Assembly: GCA_035508515.1 (NCBI GenBank)
Contig: DATJMW010000013.1
Span: 45,772 to 109,771 of the forward strand
Direction: 5' to 3'
DNA: 64,000 nucleotides
Source: Solirubrobacteraceae bacterium
GTDB lineage: Bacteria > Actinomycetota > Thermoleophilia > Solirubrobacterales > Solirubrobacteraceae
Part shown: in pieces, positions 22,769-31,287 of the stretch
Position numbering within the stretch: position 1 is the stretch's first letter
Layout: every line of letters begins with the position of its first letter
Made by a program: the position numbers and the translations under genes
Notes under the pieces: model-generated
The model's input: the letters and a program-made list of their open reading frames with translations, nothing else
The model's database searches: none
What the model was told of the DNA's origin: nothing

Positions 22769-24685
22769 TCAGGCGGGGACCGGCTCGCGCTTGCGCGGCG
22801 GCGCCGGCGCGGGCGGGTTCTCGGTCTCGATGATCACGCGGCAGGGCCGCTTGCCGAGCAGGTAGGCCGCCGTGGGGCCGATCCGCTGGTCGGAGGAGGA
22901 GGCGTGGATCGTCGACCAGTAGATGACGTCGGCGTTGACCCGCTGGGCCTCCTGCACGAGCGTGGCCCCGGGGCTGCGCGTGCGGATCAGCGCGGTGTGG
23001 ATCTTGATCCCGGAGCGGCGCGCCTGGATACGGGCGCTCTCCAGCACCGAGCGCCCGTGCGCTTCCTCTTCCTCCATGCCGGCGTCCAGGGAAAGCTGGT
23101 TCGGCACGGGCAGCACATAGATCGCGTAGACGACGCCTTCTTCGCCGATCAGCTTCGCGGCGTGCCCAAGCACGCTGGCGCTGATGTCCTTGCCGAAGAT
23201 CGGCACCAGCGCCGTGCGGTAGTCGAACTCCTCGAATTCGGGCGGACGCTCGCGCTGCGGCGACTTCGTGGTCGTGCGCAGGTCGAGCCCCTGGTCGCGC
23301 CGGTAGAGCACGTACAGCCCCATCCCGAGCGCCAGCCAGAAGACGCCCGCGGCCGCGACCGCGAGGTGCAGCACGGTGACGACGACGAACGCAAGGCCCG
23401 TGCCGAAGATCCCCAGCAGCGCGAACAGCGGCAGCTCCCTGCCGGCGATCCTGATCGTGCCCGGCCCGCGATAGGGACGCGGGCGATCGGGCTCCTTCAC
23501 GCGCAGCCGGATCACCGACAGGTGCGCGATCGTGAACGACAGCATCGCGCCGAAGGCGTACATGTTGCCCAGGAATTCGGCCTGGCCGGGGATGATCGTC
23601 ACGCAGGCAATGCCGCCGAACAGCAGGATGCCGACCCAGGGCGTGGAGAAGCGCGGGTGCAGCTGTGACAGGCGCCCCGGCACCTGCCGGTGCAGCCCCA
23701 TCGAGTAGACCAGACGCGAGGCGCCGATGATGCCGGCGTTCGTGGCGATGAACAGGATCGTCGCGGCGAGCAGGCCGACGTAGATCTCGCCGACGTGCTG
23801 GAAGGCACCCAGGTGCAGGTGCTTGACGATCCCCAGCACGGGGTCGCCCGCGAAGCCGCCCTTGTCCTCCGCGGTGCCGAGCAGCGTCGTGTATTTGCCG
23901 TCGCCGGCCTTGTGCACCGGCAGCGCCGACAGCGCGACCATCGGTAGCGCGGCGTAGATCGCGAACACCGCCAGCACCACGGCCCGGATCGCCTTCGGCA
24001 CGGTTTTCGTCTCGTCGCGCGCCTCCTCGGCCATGTTCGAGATCGTCTCGATGCCCGTATAGGCGATCATCCCGATCGGGATCGCGATCAGGAAGTCTTT
24101 CCAGCTCGGGGCCAGGCCCAGGTGGACGTTGTGGACGAGCGTGTCGGGCGAGAGCACCAGCACGATCCCGACGATCACGAGCAACAGCTGCGTGGCGAGG
24201 TCGGTGATCGCGAGGAAGATGTTCAAGCCGGCGGCCTCCTTGACGCCGACGACGTTGACCATCGACAGCGTGGCGACGACGGCGATCCCGAAGATGATGT
24301 CGCCGGGTCCGTGTTCGAGCGCGGGCCAGAACAGGCCGCCCAGGTAGTGCGGCACGAAGAACGCGGAGATCGCGATCGTGATCGTGTAGTTGAGCATCTG
24401 CGCCCAAGCCGCGAAGAACGACCACAGCTCGTTGAAGGCGTGGCGCGCGAACGAGGAGGAGCCCCCGGCCTCGGGGTACATCGCCGTGGCCTCGGCGTAG
24501 GTAGCGGCGGTCAGGTAGAAGATCACGCCGGTGATCAGGAACACGATCGGCGTCAGCCCCAGCGCGTAGGAGGCGACGAGCCCGAGCGCGTAGTAGATCG
24601 AGGAGCCGACGTTGCCGTAGGCGGTCGAGAACAGCGCGCTCGTGCCGAGCACGCGCCGCAGGCCGTGTTGGGACAGACGCGCCAT
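22769..24685 (-). CDS. APC family amino acid permease with C-terminal USP domain (paralog 2)
   Basis: Same motifs as paralog 1. Start at MARLSQHGLRR (24685). Confidence 0.9.
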   Translation of the reverse strand: MARLSQHGLRRVLGTSALFSTAYGNVGSSIYYALGLVASYALGLTPIVFLITGVIFYLTAATYAEATAMYPEAGGSSSFARHAFNELWSFFAAWAQMLNYTITIAISAFFVPHYLGGLFWPALEHGPGDIIFGIAVVATLSMVNVVGVKEAAGLNIFLAITDLATQLLLVIVGIVLVLSPDTLVHNVHLGLAPSWKDFLIAIPIGMIAYTGIETISNMAEEARDETKTVPKAIRAVVLAVFAIYAALPMVALSALPVHKAGDGKYTTLLGTAEDKGGFAGDPVLGIVKHLHLGAFQHVGEIYVGLLAATILFIATNAGIIGASRLVYSMGLHRQVPGRLSQLHPRFSTPWVGILLFGGIACVTIIPGQAEFLGNMYAFGAMLSFTIAHLSVIRLRVKEPDRPRPYRGPGTIRIAGRELPLFALLGIFGTGLAFVVVTVLHLAVAAAGVFWLALGMGLYVLYRRDQGLDLRTTTKSPQRERPPEFEEFDYRTALVPIFGKDISASVLGHAAKLIGEEGVVYAIYVLPVPNQLSLDAGMEEEEAHGRSVLESARIQARRSGIKIHTALIRTRSPGATLVQEAQRVNADVIYWSTIHASSSDQRIGPTAAYLLGKRPCRVIIETENPPAPAPPRKREPVPA

Positions 24686-24845
24686 TCGGGCAGCGTATAG
24701 AGGGCGTTGGCCGGCCGGGCCGCGCAAGCCGCGATTCGGTGGAACCGAATGCATGCAAAATCCCATGCACCGCAGCCGGCGGTGCAGGAAGCCGCCTTAT
24801 GATCCCGACGACCTCGGGTGCCAAGCGCCTGGAGGCAAGCTCGCC

Positions 24846-25322
24846 ATGGACACTTCGCGCCGCGGAAACTACGACTCCGGAGAGGACTTCGTCCTCGAAT
24901 ACGGCGAGCTCCGCTTCACCTTCAACGAGGCCGACTTTTCCGAGCGCTGCGAGCAGGCGGCGATCAAGGTCGGGTTCGTCGGCGGCCGCCTCGGCGAGGA
25001 GGAGCTGGAAGACCTCGTGAACCTCGCGGTCAACGGCGAGATCTCCGACCCGGCCTCGGCGCTGGGCCAGCACGTCAACGACTGCTGGCCGGAGCTGGTC
25101 GGCCCGGCGGAGCGCTCGCTGGTGCACTGGCTGCGGCGGCTGGTCTTCCGCGGCGCCTGGCTGGACCAGCGCGTCAACGAGGGCGAGCTGAGCGTGTCCT
25201 TCGACGAAGCCACCGGCGGCTTCGCCTACGTGCAACCGGCCGACCCGCTGAGCGAGGCAGCCGGCGAGCCGATCGAACTCGCGCCCGAGCCCTCCTGGGG
25301 CCGAGTCGCCTACAGGCGTTGA
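24846..25322 (+). CDS. Hypothetical acidic protein (158 aa)
   Basis: Housekeeping-like codon usage and globular composition from ATG 24846. No family recognised. Confidence 0.7.
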   Translation: MDTSRRGNYDSGEDFVLEYGELRFTFNEADFSERCEQAAIKVGFVGGRLGEEELEDLVNLAVNGEISDPASALGQHVNDCWPELVGPAERSLVHWLRRLVFRGAWLDQRVNEGELSVSFDEATGGFAYVQPADPLSEAAGEPIELAPEPSWGRVAYRR

Positions 25323-25331
25323 GTTGAGTTA

Positions 25332-25353
25332 GGGAGCCGCTTTCGCGGCTCCC
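25332..25353. terminator. Hairpin between convergent genes (putative bidirectional terminator)
   Basis: GGGAGCCGC-TTTC-GCGGCTCCC, a 9-bp stem with a GAAA loop on the minus strand. Confidence 0.6.
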
Positions 25354-25385
25354 CGCTCGGATGGCCTTGCGGCTTTCGCCGTCTC

Positions 25386-26729
25386 CTAGCTGCCGTTGTC
25401 GAGCGCTTCCGCGCGTGCCTTGACGAGCGCCTTGGCGTCGGACTCGCCGACGAGCAGATCCGGGCGGATCACGCCGCTGGCGGCGAGGTCGAGGATCGGC
25501 TGGCGGCCCGTCGAGGTGAGCGCGACGTCGAGCGCGATCACGGTGCTCTCGCCGCCGACGGGCGCGGACGCCGTGGCGATCACGGTCAGCGAGCCGCCCT
25601 CGCGCAGGTTGCGCGCGGCGGCGAGCGCCCTGCGCGCGACGTGCGGCGGCAGGCCGTCGAGCGAATCGATCAGCACGACGGCGTCTCCCCCGCGCGCGGC
25701 GACGCGCTTGCCGGCGTCGATCGCGTGGTCGACCGCCTGCGCCTGCGTGTCGGGCGAGGCCGCGAAGCTGAGCGCCGCCACCGGGGCGGGCTCGCCCTCC
25801 TGCCAGCGGCCGATCTCCTCCGGGCGGGCGCCCGCGAGCACGAGCGAGACCTCCGGGCCCTTGCCCGCGGCGATCGCGTGCAGCAGCGCGCCGAGCGTCT
25901 CGCTCTTGCCCGAGCGTGCGGCGCCGACGATCGTGACGCGCGAGCCGCGCCCGAACGGCGTCAATGCCTCGATCGCCTGCAGCGTCTGGTCGCTGGACTT
26001 CAGCTCGAAGCGCTCGCCGGGGTAGGCCACCGGCAGGTCCTCGTAGCGCGTGCCGCTGGACACGGCGTCGGCGGAGCCGCCGTTGATCGTGTCGATGCGG
26101 ACGAGCGAGGGGTAGCGCTCGGAGCGGCGCGGCGTGCGCACCGGGCCGGTGACGCGATCGCCCGACACCAGCTCGCAGCGGCGCACCTGCGCCGCGGAGA
26201 TGTAGACGTCTCCGTCGGAGGGCTCGGGCGGGTCGATGCGCAGGAAGGCCGAGCCGTTGCCGAGCACCTCGACGATGCCCTCGGCGACCTCGCCGCCGTC
26301 GCGGCTCTCGCCCTCGCCGGCGTCGTCGGCCTTGCCGTTGGACTCCGCGGAGGAACGGCGCGAGCGACCGCCGCGGCGCGAGCGTTTGCGCGGCGACTCC
26401 TCGTCGGCGTCCCGATCGTCGGTCGAGGCCTCGGGCTCCTCGGCGGCCTCCTGGCTGTCGCTGTCTCCGTCGGCCTCAGCGTCGGCGGACCCGCGTGAGC
26501 GGCGTGAGCGACCGCCGCGGCGCGAGCGTTTGCGCGCGCCGCCGGAGGACTCCTCCTCGCTGGTCGCGCCGTCGTCGTCGGCGTCCTCGCTCTGCTCGCC
26601 CAGGATCCTGTCGATCAGATCGGCCTTGCGCAGGCGGCGGAAGCTGTCGAGACCGAGCTGATCCGCAATCGCGTGCAGGTCGGCGAGGGGGCTGGCTTCG
26701 AGCTCTGAGCGCTCGAGCACTGCTGGCAT
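25386..26729 (-). CDS. rho: Rho-like protein: Rho-N + insertion + RNA-binding OB fold + shortened, divergent ATPase domain
   Basis: LEASPLADLHAIADQLG (Rho-N), GSAFLR...DVYISAAQVRRCELVSGDRVTG (OB fold), GAARSGKS, AARNLREGGSLTVIATA. Confidence 0.8.
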   Translation of the reverse strand: MPAVLERSELEASPLADLHAIADQLGLDSFRRLRKADLIDRILGEQSEDADDDGATSEEESSGGARKRSRRGGRSRRSRGSADAEADGDSDSQEAAEEPEASTDDRDADEESPRKRSRRGGRSRRSSAESNGKADDAGEGESRDGGEVAEGIVEVLGNGSAFLRIDPPEPSDGDVYISAAQVRRCELVSGDRVTGPVRTPRRSERYPSLVRIDTINGGSADAVSSGTRYEDLPVAYPGERFELKSSDQTLQAIEALTPFGRGSRVTIVGAARSGKSETLGALLHAIAAGKGPEVSLVLAGARPEEIGRWQEGEPAPVAALSFAASPDTQAQAVDHAIDAGKRVAARGGDAVVLIDSLDGLPPHVARRALAAARNLREGGSLTVIATASAPVGGESTVIALDVALTSTGRQPILDLAASGVIRPDLLVGESDAKALVKARAEALDNGS

Positions 26730-26809
26730 GACTATCTCCTTCTGTTTGGATGGGGTGGTTGGCGTCCCGCCGCGTTGGACAGCGGTGGGCACCCGTTGCA
26801 GGCCTCAGC

Positions 26810-27733
26810 CTAGCGACTGTCCCGGCCGGTCGGCCGGTCGTGACGCAATTCATCGGCCAGCGCCAGATCCCTGCCGGGCGCGATCTCGCCGCGCAGCGCC
26901 GAGCGCACCGCGACGAAGTCGGCGGCCGCGGCGACGTCGTGCACGCGGAACACGTGCGCGCCGGCGTCGAGCCCGTGCGCGAGCGCCGCGAGCGTCCCGG
27001 CGAGGCGCTCGCGCGGAGCGCGGCCCGTCAGCGCGCCGACGAAGTCCTTGCGCGAGATCGCCATCAGCAGCGGGCGTCCCAGCTCGTGCAGGCGTTCCAG
27101 GCCCGCGAGCAGCGCGATCGTCTGCGCGGGCGTCTTCGCGAAGTCGGGACCGGGGTCGAGCAGCAGCTGCTCGGGGTCAACCCCAGCGGCGGTGGCCAGC
27201 GCGACCCGCTCGCGCAGGAAGCCGAGCACGTCCTCGACGACGTCGTCGTACAGCTCCGGGTCCTGCAGCCGTTCGCGCGGCGCGGCGCGCGTGTGCATCA
27301 GCACGAGCGCGGCGCCGGTCTCTGCGCAGGCGTCCGCCAGCCCGGGGTCGCGCAGCCCGCTGACGTCGTTGACGACGTGCGCGCCGGCGTCGATCGCGGC
27401 GCGCGCCACCGCGGGCTTGTAGGTGTCGACGGAGACGAGCGCCCCCAGCTCCCCGGCAAGCCGCTCGACGAGCGGCACGACGCGATCGATCTCCTGCTCG
27501 ACCTCGACCGGCGGGCGGCCCGTCGTGGCGGACTCGCCGCCGACGTCGAGGATGTCGGCCCCGGCGTCCAGCAGCTCGCGCGCGAGCTGCACCTGGGCTT
27601 CCAGGGTGGCGTAGCGACCGCCGTCGCTGAACGAGTCCGGCGAGGCGTTGACGATCCCCATCAGCAGCGGGCGCACGCCCAGTTCGAGCACGCGCCCACG
27701 CACGCGCAGCCGGTGACGGGGGGTCTCGCTCAC
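26810..27733 (-). CDS. folP: Dihydropteroate synthase
   Basis: LMGIVNASPDSFSDGG, DVGGESATTG, SVDTYKP, DPGPDFAK, SRKDF, RVHDV. Confidence 0.93.
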   Translation of the reverse strand: MSETPRHRLRVRGRVLELGVRPLLMGIVNASPDSFSDGGRYATLEAQVQLARELLDAGADILDVGGESATTGRPPVEVEQEIDRVVPLVERLAGELGALVSVDTYKPAVARAAIDAGAHVVNDVSGLRDPGLADACAETGAALVLMHTRAAPRERLQDPELYDDVVEDVLGFLRERVALATAAGVDPEQLLLDPGPDFAKTPAQTIALLAGLERLHELGRPLLMAISRKDFVGALTGRAPRERLAGTLAALAHGLDAGAHVFRVHDVAAAADFVAVRSALRGEIAPGRDLALADELRHDRPTGRDSR

Positions 27734-29541
27734 GCGCCGAGCAGGCCCTCGGCGCGGGCTTCCACGCGAAAGCGCTCGATCTCCTCGCGCAGGCGCTCGC
27801 GATCCCAGCCCAGCTCGGCCCCGAGCGTGCCGCCGACGCGCTCGACCGGCCCGTTCCCGTGGGCCTCGCCGCCCGCACGAGGCTCTGCTTCCCCGGCGCC
27901 ACGGCCGCCGGCGTCGGCGGCGGCGCCGGCGCCGGCATCGGCGGCGAGGAGCTGGCGCGCCGAGAGCAGCCCCAGGCGCGTGCGCCGCAGCATCACGTCG
28001 CCGATGCCGCGCGCCTGCTCGCTGCGCGCGGCGAGCACGACCTCCGCGAGCAGGTCCGGCGCGCCGGGCACGATCGGCTGCGCGAGCTCGCCCCGCTCCG
28101 CGGCCAGCGCCAGCACCTGGTGCGCGGCGTGCCCGTAGCGGGCGGCGAGCGCCGCGTAGGACTCCTCCGGCACGCCCTCCACGCGCGGCAGCTCCTCGGC
28201 GGAGATCGCCTGGCCCAGCGGGATTTCCTGGGTGCGGCAGGGCGCGTCGCTGGCGTCGCGGAGCGCGATCCGGTCGACGGTCATCTTCGCCATCCGGCGC
28301 CAGGTGGTGAGCTTGCCGCCGGTAATCGTGATCATGCCCGATGAGGTCTCGTACAGCTCGGCCTTGCGCGAGATGTCCACCGACTTCTTCGGATCGCCCG
28401 TCGAGATCAGCGGCCTGACCCCCGCGAAGGCTCCGGTCAGGTCGTCCGGGGTGAAGCTCGATCCGAAGAAGTCGTTGACGGCTTCGAGCAGGTAGTCGAC
28501 GTCCTCGCCGGAGGGCTCGACGTGGTCGAGCGGGCCCTCGTAGTCGTTGTCGGTGGTGCCGATCAGCGCGTGGCCGAGCCACGGCAGCGCGAAGATCGAG
28601 CGCCCCGAACCGGCGGGCACGATCGCGCCGCCGACGAGCGGCAGGTCGGCGTGGCTGAGCGTGACGTGCGTGCCACGGCTCGGGCGGATGCGCGGCAGCT
28701 CGGCCTCGTCGTGCAGCTCGCGCGGGCGCAGCTCGTCGGCCCACACCCCGGTGGCGTTGACGACGTTCTGCGCCCTCACCTCGAAGCTGCCGCCGCCCTC
28801 GCGGTCGAGCGCCTGCACGCCCTGCGCCCGCCCTTCGTGCTCCAGCAGCCCCGTCACCTCGACGCGGTTGGCGCAGACGGCGCCGAAGCGCTCGGCCTCG
28901 CCCAGCACGGTCAGCAGGAGGCGCACGTCGTCGGTCTGGCAGTCGTAGAAGAGGTAGCCGCTGGTGGGCTCGCGCGGCGCGAGCGCCGGCAGCAGCTCGA
29001 CGACCTCCTCGCCGGAGATCACGCGGTGGCGCTCGGGGCTCCAGGACGACTGCTCGGCGCCGTCGGCCGCGGCGCCGGTAGCGGTTTCGGCGCCCGGCTC
29101 GGCGGCCTTGCGCTCGGAGCCGGCGCGCTGCTTGCGCCCGCGGCGCGAGCGCCGGCGCCCGCGCTCGACGGACATCACGTCGTACAGGTTCAGGCCGACG
29201 CCGACGAGGCGGTCGGGGTGGGCGCCCTCGAACGCCGGCACGACCAGCGGCAGCGGGCGCACCAGGTGCGGCGCGAGCGCGACCATCAGCTGGCGCTCCA
29301 GCAGCGCCTCGCGCACGAGCCCGAGGTCGAAGTTCTGCAGGTAGCGCAGCCCGCCGTGGACCAGCTTGCTCGAACGGCTGGAGGTGCCGGCGGCGTAGTC
29401 GGCGCGCTCCAGCAGCGCGACGCTGTAGCCGCGCGAGGCCGCGTCGAGCGCGACGCCCGCTCCCGTGATCCCGCCGCCGACGACGACGACGTCGAACTCC
29501 TCCTCGCTCAGCGCCGCGAGGGCCTGGCTGCGCTCGATCAC
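27730..29541 (-). CDS. glpD: Aerobic glycerol-3-phosphate dehydrogenase/oxidase
   Basis: DVVVVGGGITGAGVALDAASRG, GTSSRSSKLVHGGLRYL, GGKLTTWRRMA. GTG start at 29541. Confidence 0.9.
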   Translation of the reverse strand: MIERSQALAALSEEEFDVVVVGGGITGAGVALDAASRGYSVALLERADYAAGTSSRSSKLVHGGLRYLQNFDLGLVREALLERQLMVALAPHLVRPLPLVVPAFEGAHPDRLVGVGLNLYDVMSVERGRRRSRRGRKQRAGSERKAAEPGAETATGAAADGAEQSSWSPERHRVISGEEVVELLPALAPREPTSGYLFYDCQTDDVRLLLTVLGEAERFGAVCANRVEVTGLLEHEGRAQGVQALDREGGGSFEVRAQNVVNATGVWADELRPRELHDEAELPRIRPSRGTHVTLSHADLPLVGGAIVPAGSGRSIFALPWLGHALIGTTDNDYEGPLDHVEPSGEDVDYLLEAVNDFFGSSFTPDDLTGAFAGVRPLISTGDPKKSVDISRKAELYETSSGMITITGGKLTTWRRMAKMTVDRIALRDASDAPCRTQEIPLGQAISAEELPRVEGVPEESYAALAARYGHAAHQVLALAAERGELAQPIVPGAPDLLAEVVLAARSEQARGIGDVMLRRTRLGLLSARQLLAADAGAGAAADAGGRGAGEAEPRAGGEAHGNGPVERVGGTLGAELGWDRERLREEIERFRVEARAEGLLGA

Positions 29542-29587
29542 GTGCCGCAGTCTCGCAGAGGCGTCCCGCGAGCCCTCGACGGCGCCC

Positions 29588-29658
29588 GCTGTGGCTAGCG
29601 GGGCTGTTGTTAGCGGAGCCCCTGTGGCCAGGAGACTGTGGCTAGCGGAGGCTAGCGG
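29588..29658. repeat. Degenerate short tandem repeat (CTGTGGCTAGCGG-like units)
   Basis: CTGTGGCTAGCGG, CTGTTGTTAGCGG, CTGTGGCCAGGAG, CTGTGGCTAGCGG, GGCTAGCGG. Confidence 0.5.
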
Positions 29659-31283
29659 TGGCGGCGCGACGGCCTGAGCACGAGCGCGACCTTCGTGGCG
29701 TGTGTCTGACGCAGGCCCGCGCTGTCGATGGCGACTATCGCAAGCGTGTAGGACCCCGGGCGCAGGCCGCTCGCCACGATCGAGAAGCGGCCCGGGGCGA
29801 GCGCCCGCGCGCCGACGCGCCGCGTGAAGCGCCGGACGCAGCTCGCGCGCCGCCCGTGCTTGCGGCAGCGCACCCTGCGCACGAACGAGAGCTTGGCTTC
29901 GAGCTTGTCGACGAGGCGCTGGCCGGCGCCGTCGCCGGCGCGCACGACCACGGTGCAGGAGCCCCGGCCGCAGTGCCTGGAGAGCAGCCCGAGCGTCGGC
30001 GGCTTCGGCGCGGGCGAAATGGGCGCAGGCGCCACCGGGACCGTCGGGACGGCCGCCGACGACGCGGGCACCGGGATCGACACGTCGTCGCTGATCCCGG
30101 TGCCGATGCCACCCGCGTTGCGCGCTTCGACCACGCAGAAGAGCCGCTGCCCCGCGTCGGCGCTCTGAAGCGTGTACGACGGCACGCCGGAGGCTTCGGT
30201 CAGGGCTTCGACCGAGAAGAAGCCGAGCGCACCCGATTCCTCGCGGTAGAAGGCGTAGCGGAATTCGAGTCCCGAGCCCTGCCAGCCGCCGGGCTCGCAG
30301 TCGACGGGGCGGCCGACTTCGAGCGTCCCGGCGATCGCGGGCGGCGAGACGCTGCGCGGCGCCTGCGGCGGGTCCGAACCGGCGAACTGCCGGTTCGGGA
30401 GGTCCGCGAGGCTCTGGTAGACGCCGGGGAACTCTTTCTGGGCGCAGCCTTCGCCGAAGTCGACGAGGCCGAGGAGCCTGTCGGCGGGACTGCCGGGGGC
30501 GCCGCTGAACAGCGGCCCGCCGCTGTCGCCGAAGCAGGAGTCCGCCACGGGCGAGCTCGGGCCGTTCGCGCAGACGAACTCGCTGAGCAGCAGTTCTTCG
30601 TCTTCGTAGTCGAAGGCGCATTCGGCCTGCGACACGATCGTCAGCGGCGCCGACTGCAGGACCGCAGGGTGCCCTTCGGCTTCTTCGCTCGCGCTCGGTT
30701 CCTGCCCCGGCAGGAGAGGTTTGTCGAAGCCCCAGCCGCTGACCGTCGCGGCCGAGCCGGCCGGCGGCTGCGAGGCGGCGAAGGCGAGCGGGGCGATCGT
30801 GGCGGTGCCGTCGATTTCGGGCGTCGCGCCGCTCCACAGCGGGTTCTGGAGCGTCAGCACGCCGACGTCGTGCGCGCCGGTGAACGGGTTCCATTCGGGA
30901 TCGAACGAGGTCGCGAGGACCGGGTCGCGAACAGAGCCGGCTTCGGGTGCTTCGAGGTTCGCGCTGCCGGCCAGCACCTCGACTTCTTCCGGCGCCGCAG
31001 CTTCGAAGCCGCCGAAGGTGATGCAGTGCGCCGCGGTGACGACGTGTGTGGCGTCGCGGATCACGCCGCCGCAGAACTGCGCCCCGAGCAGGTTGCCGGG
31101 TTCTCCGGGTTCGACCAGCTGCGGGTCGTACAGGGCCACCTGGAACGGAGCGTCGCCGATCGGCGTCGCGGAGCCGTGCACGATGCGCGGGCGCAGCCGC
31201 GGGCTCGCGGAGGACGTGGCAGCCGGGCCGAGCGCGAGCAGCCCGGCGCAGCAAGGCACCAGCAGCGCCGACCGGCGGCGCAC
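29652..31283 (-). CDS. Secreted trypsin-like (S1) serine protease with Ig-like and basic C-terminal domains
   Basis: Signal peptide, IVHG N-terminus, TAAHC (His), HDVGVL (Asp), GDSGGP (Ser). Confidence 0.9.
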   Translation of the reverse strand: MRRRSALLVPCCAGLLALGPAATSSASPRLRPRIVHGSATPIGDAPFQVALYDPQLVEPGEPGNLLGAQFCGGVIRDATHVVTAAHCITFGGFEAAAPEEVEVLAGSANLEAPEAGSVRDPVLATSFDPEWNPFTGAHDVGVLTLQNPLWSGATPEIDGTATIAPLAFAASQPPAGSAATVSGWGFDKPLLPGQEPSASEEAEGHPAVLQSAPLTIVSQAECAFDYEDEELLLSEFVCANGPSSPVADSCFGDSGGPLFSGAPGSPADRLLGLVDFGEGCAQKEFPGVYQSLADLPNRQFAGSDPPQAPRSVSPPAIAGTLEVGRPVDCEPGGWQGSGLEFRYAFYREESGALGFFSVEALTEASGVPSYTLQSADAGQRLFCVVEARNAGGIGTGISDDVSIPVPASSAAVPTVPVAPAPISPAPKPPTLGLLSRHCGRGSCTVVVRAGDGAGQRLVDKLEAKLSFVRRVRCRKHGRRASCVRRFTRRVGARALAPGRFSIVASGLRPGSYTLAIVAIDSAGLRQTHATKVALVLRPSRRHR

Positions 31284-31287
31284 GGCC

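Noticed and set aside
20631-24685. Calling the APC+USP pair KimA/c-di-AMP-regulated potassium transporters
   Set aside because: The KimA-type TM1 signature and a ydaO riboswitch were not recognised, so the substrate is left open.
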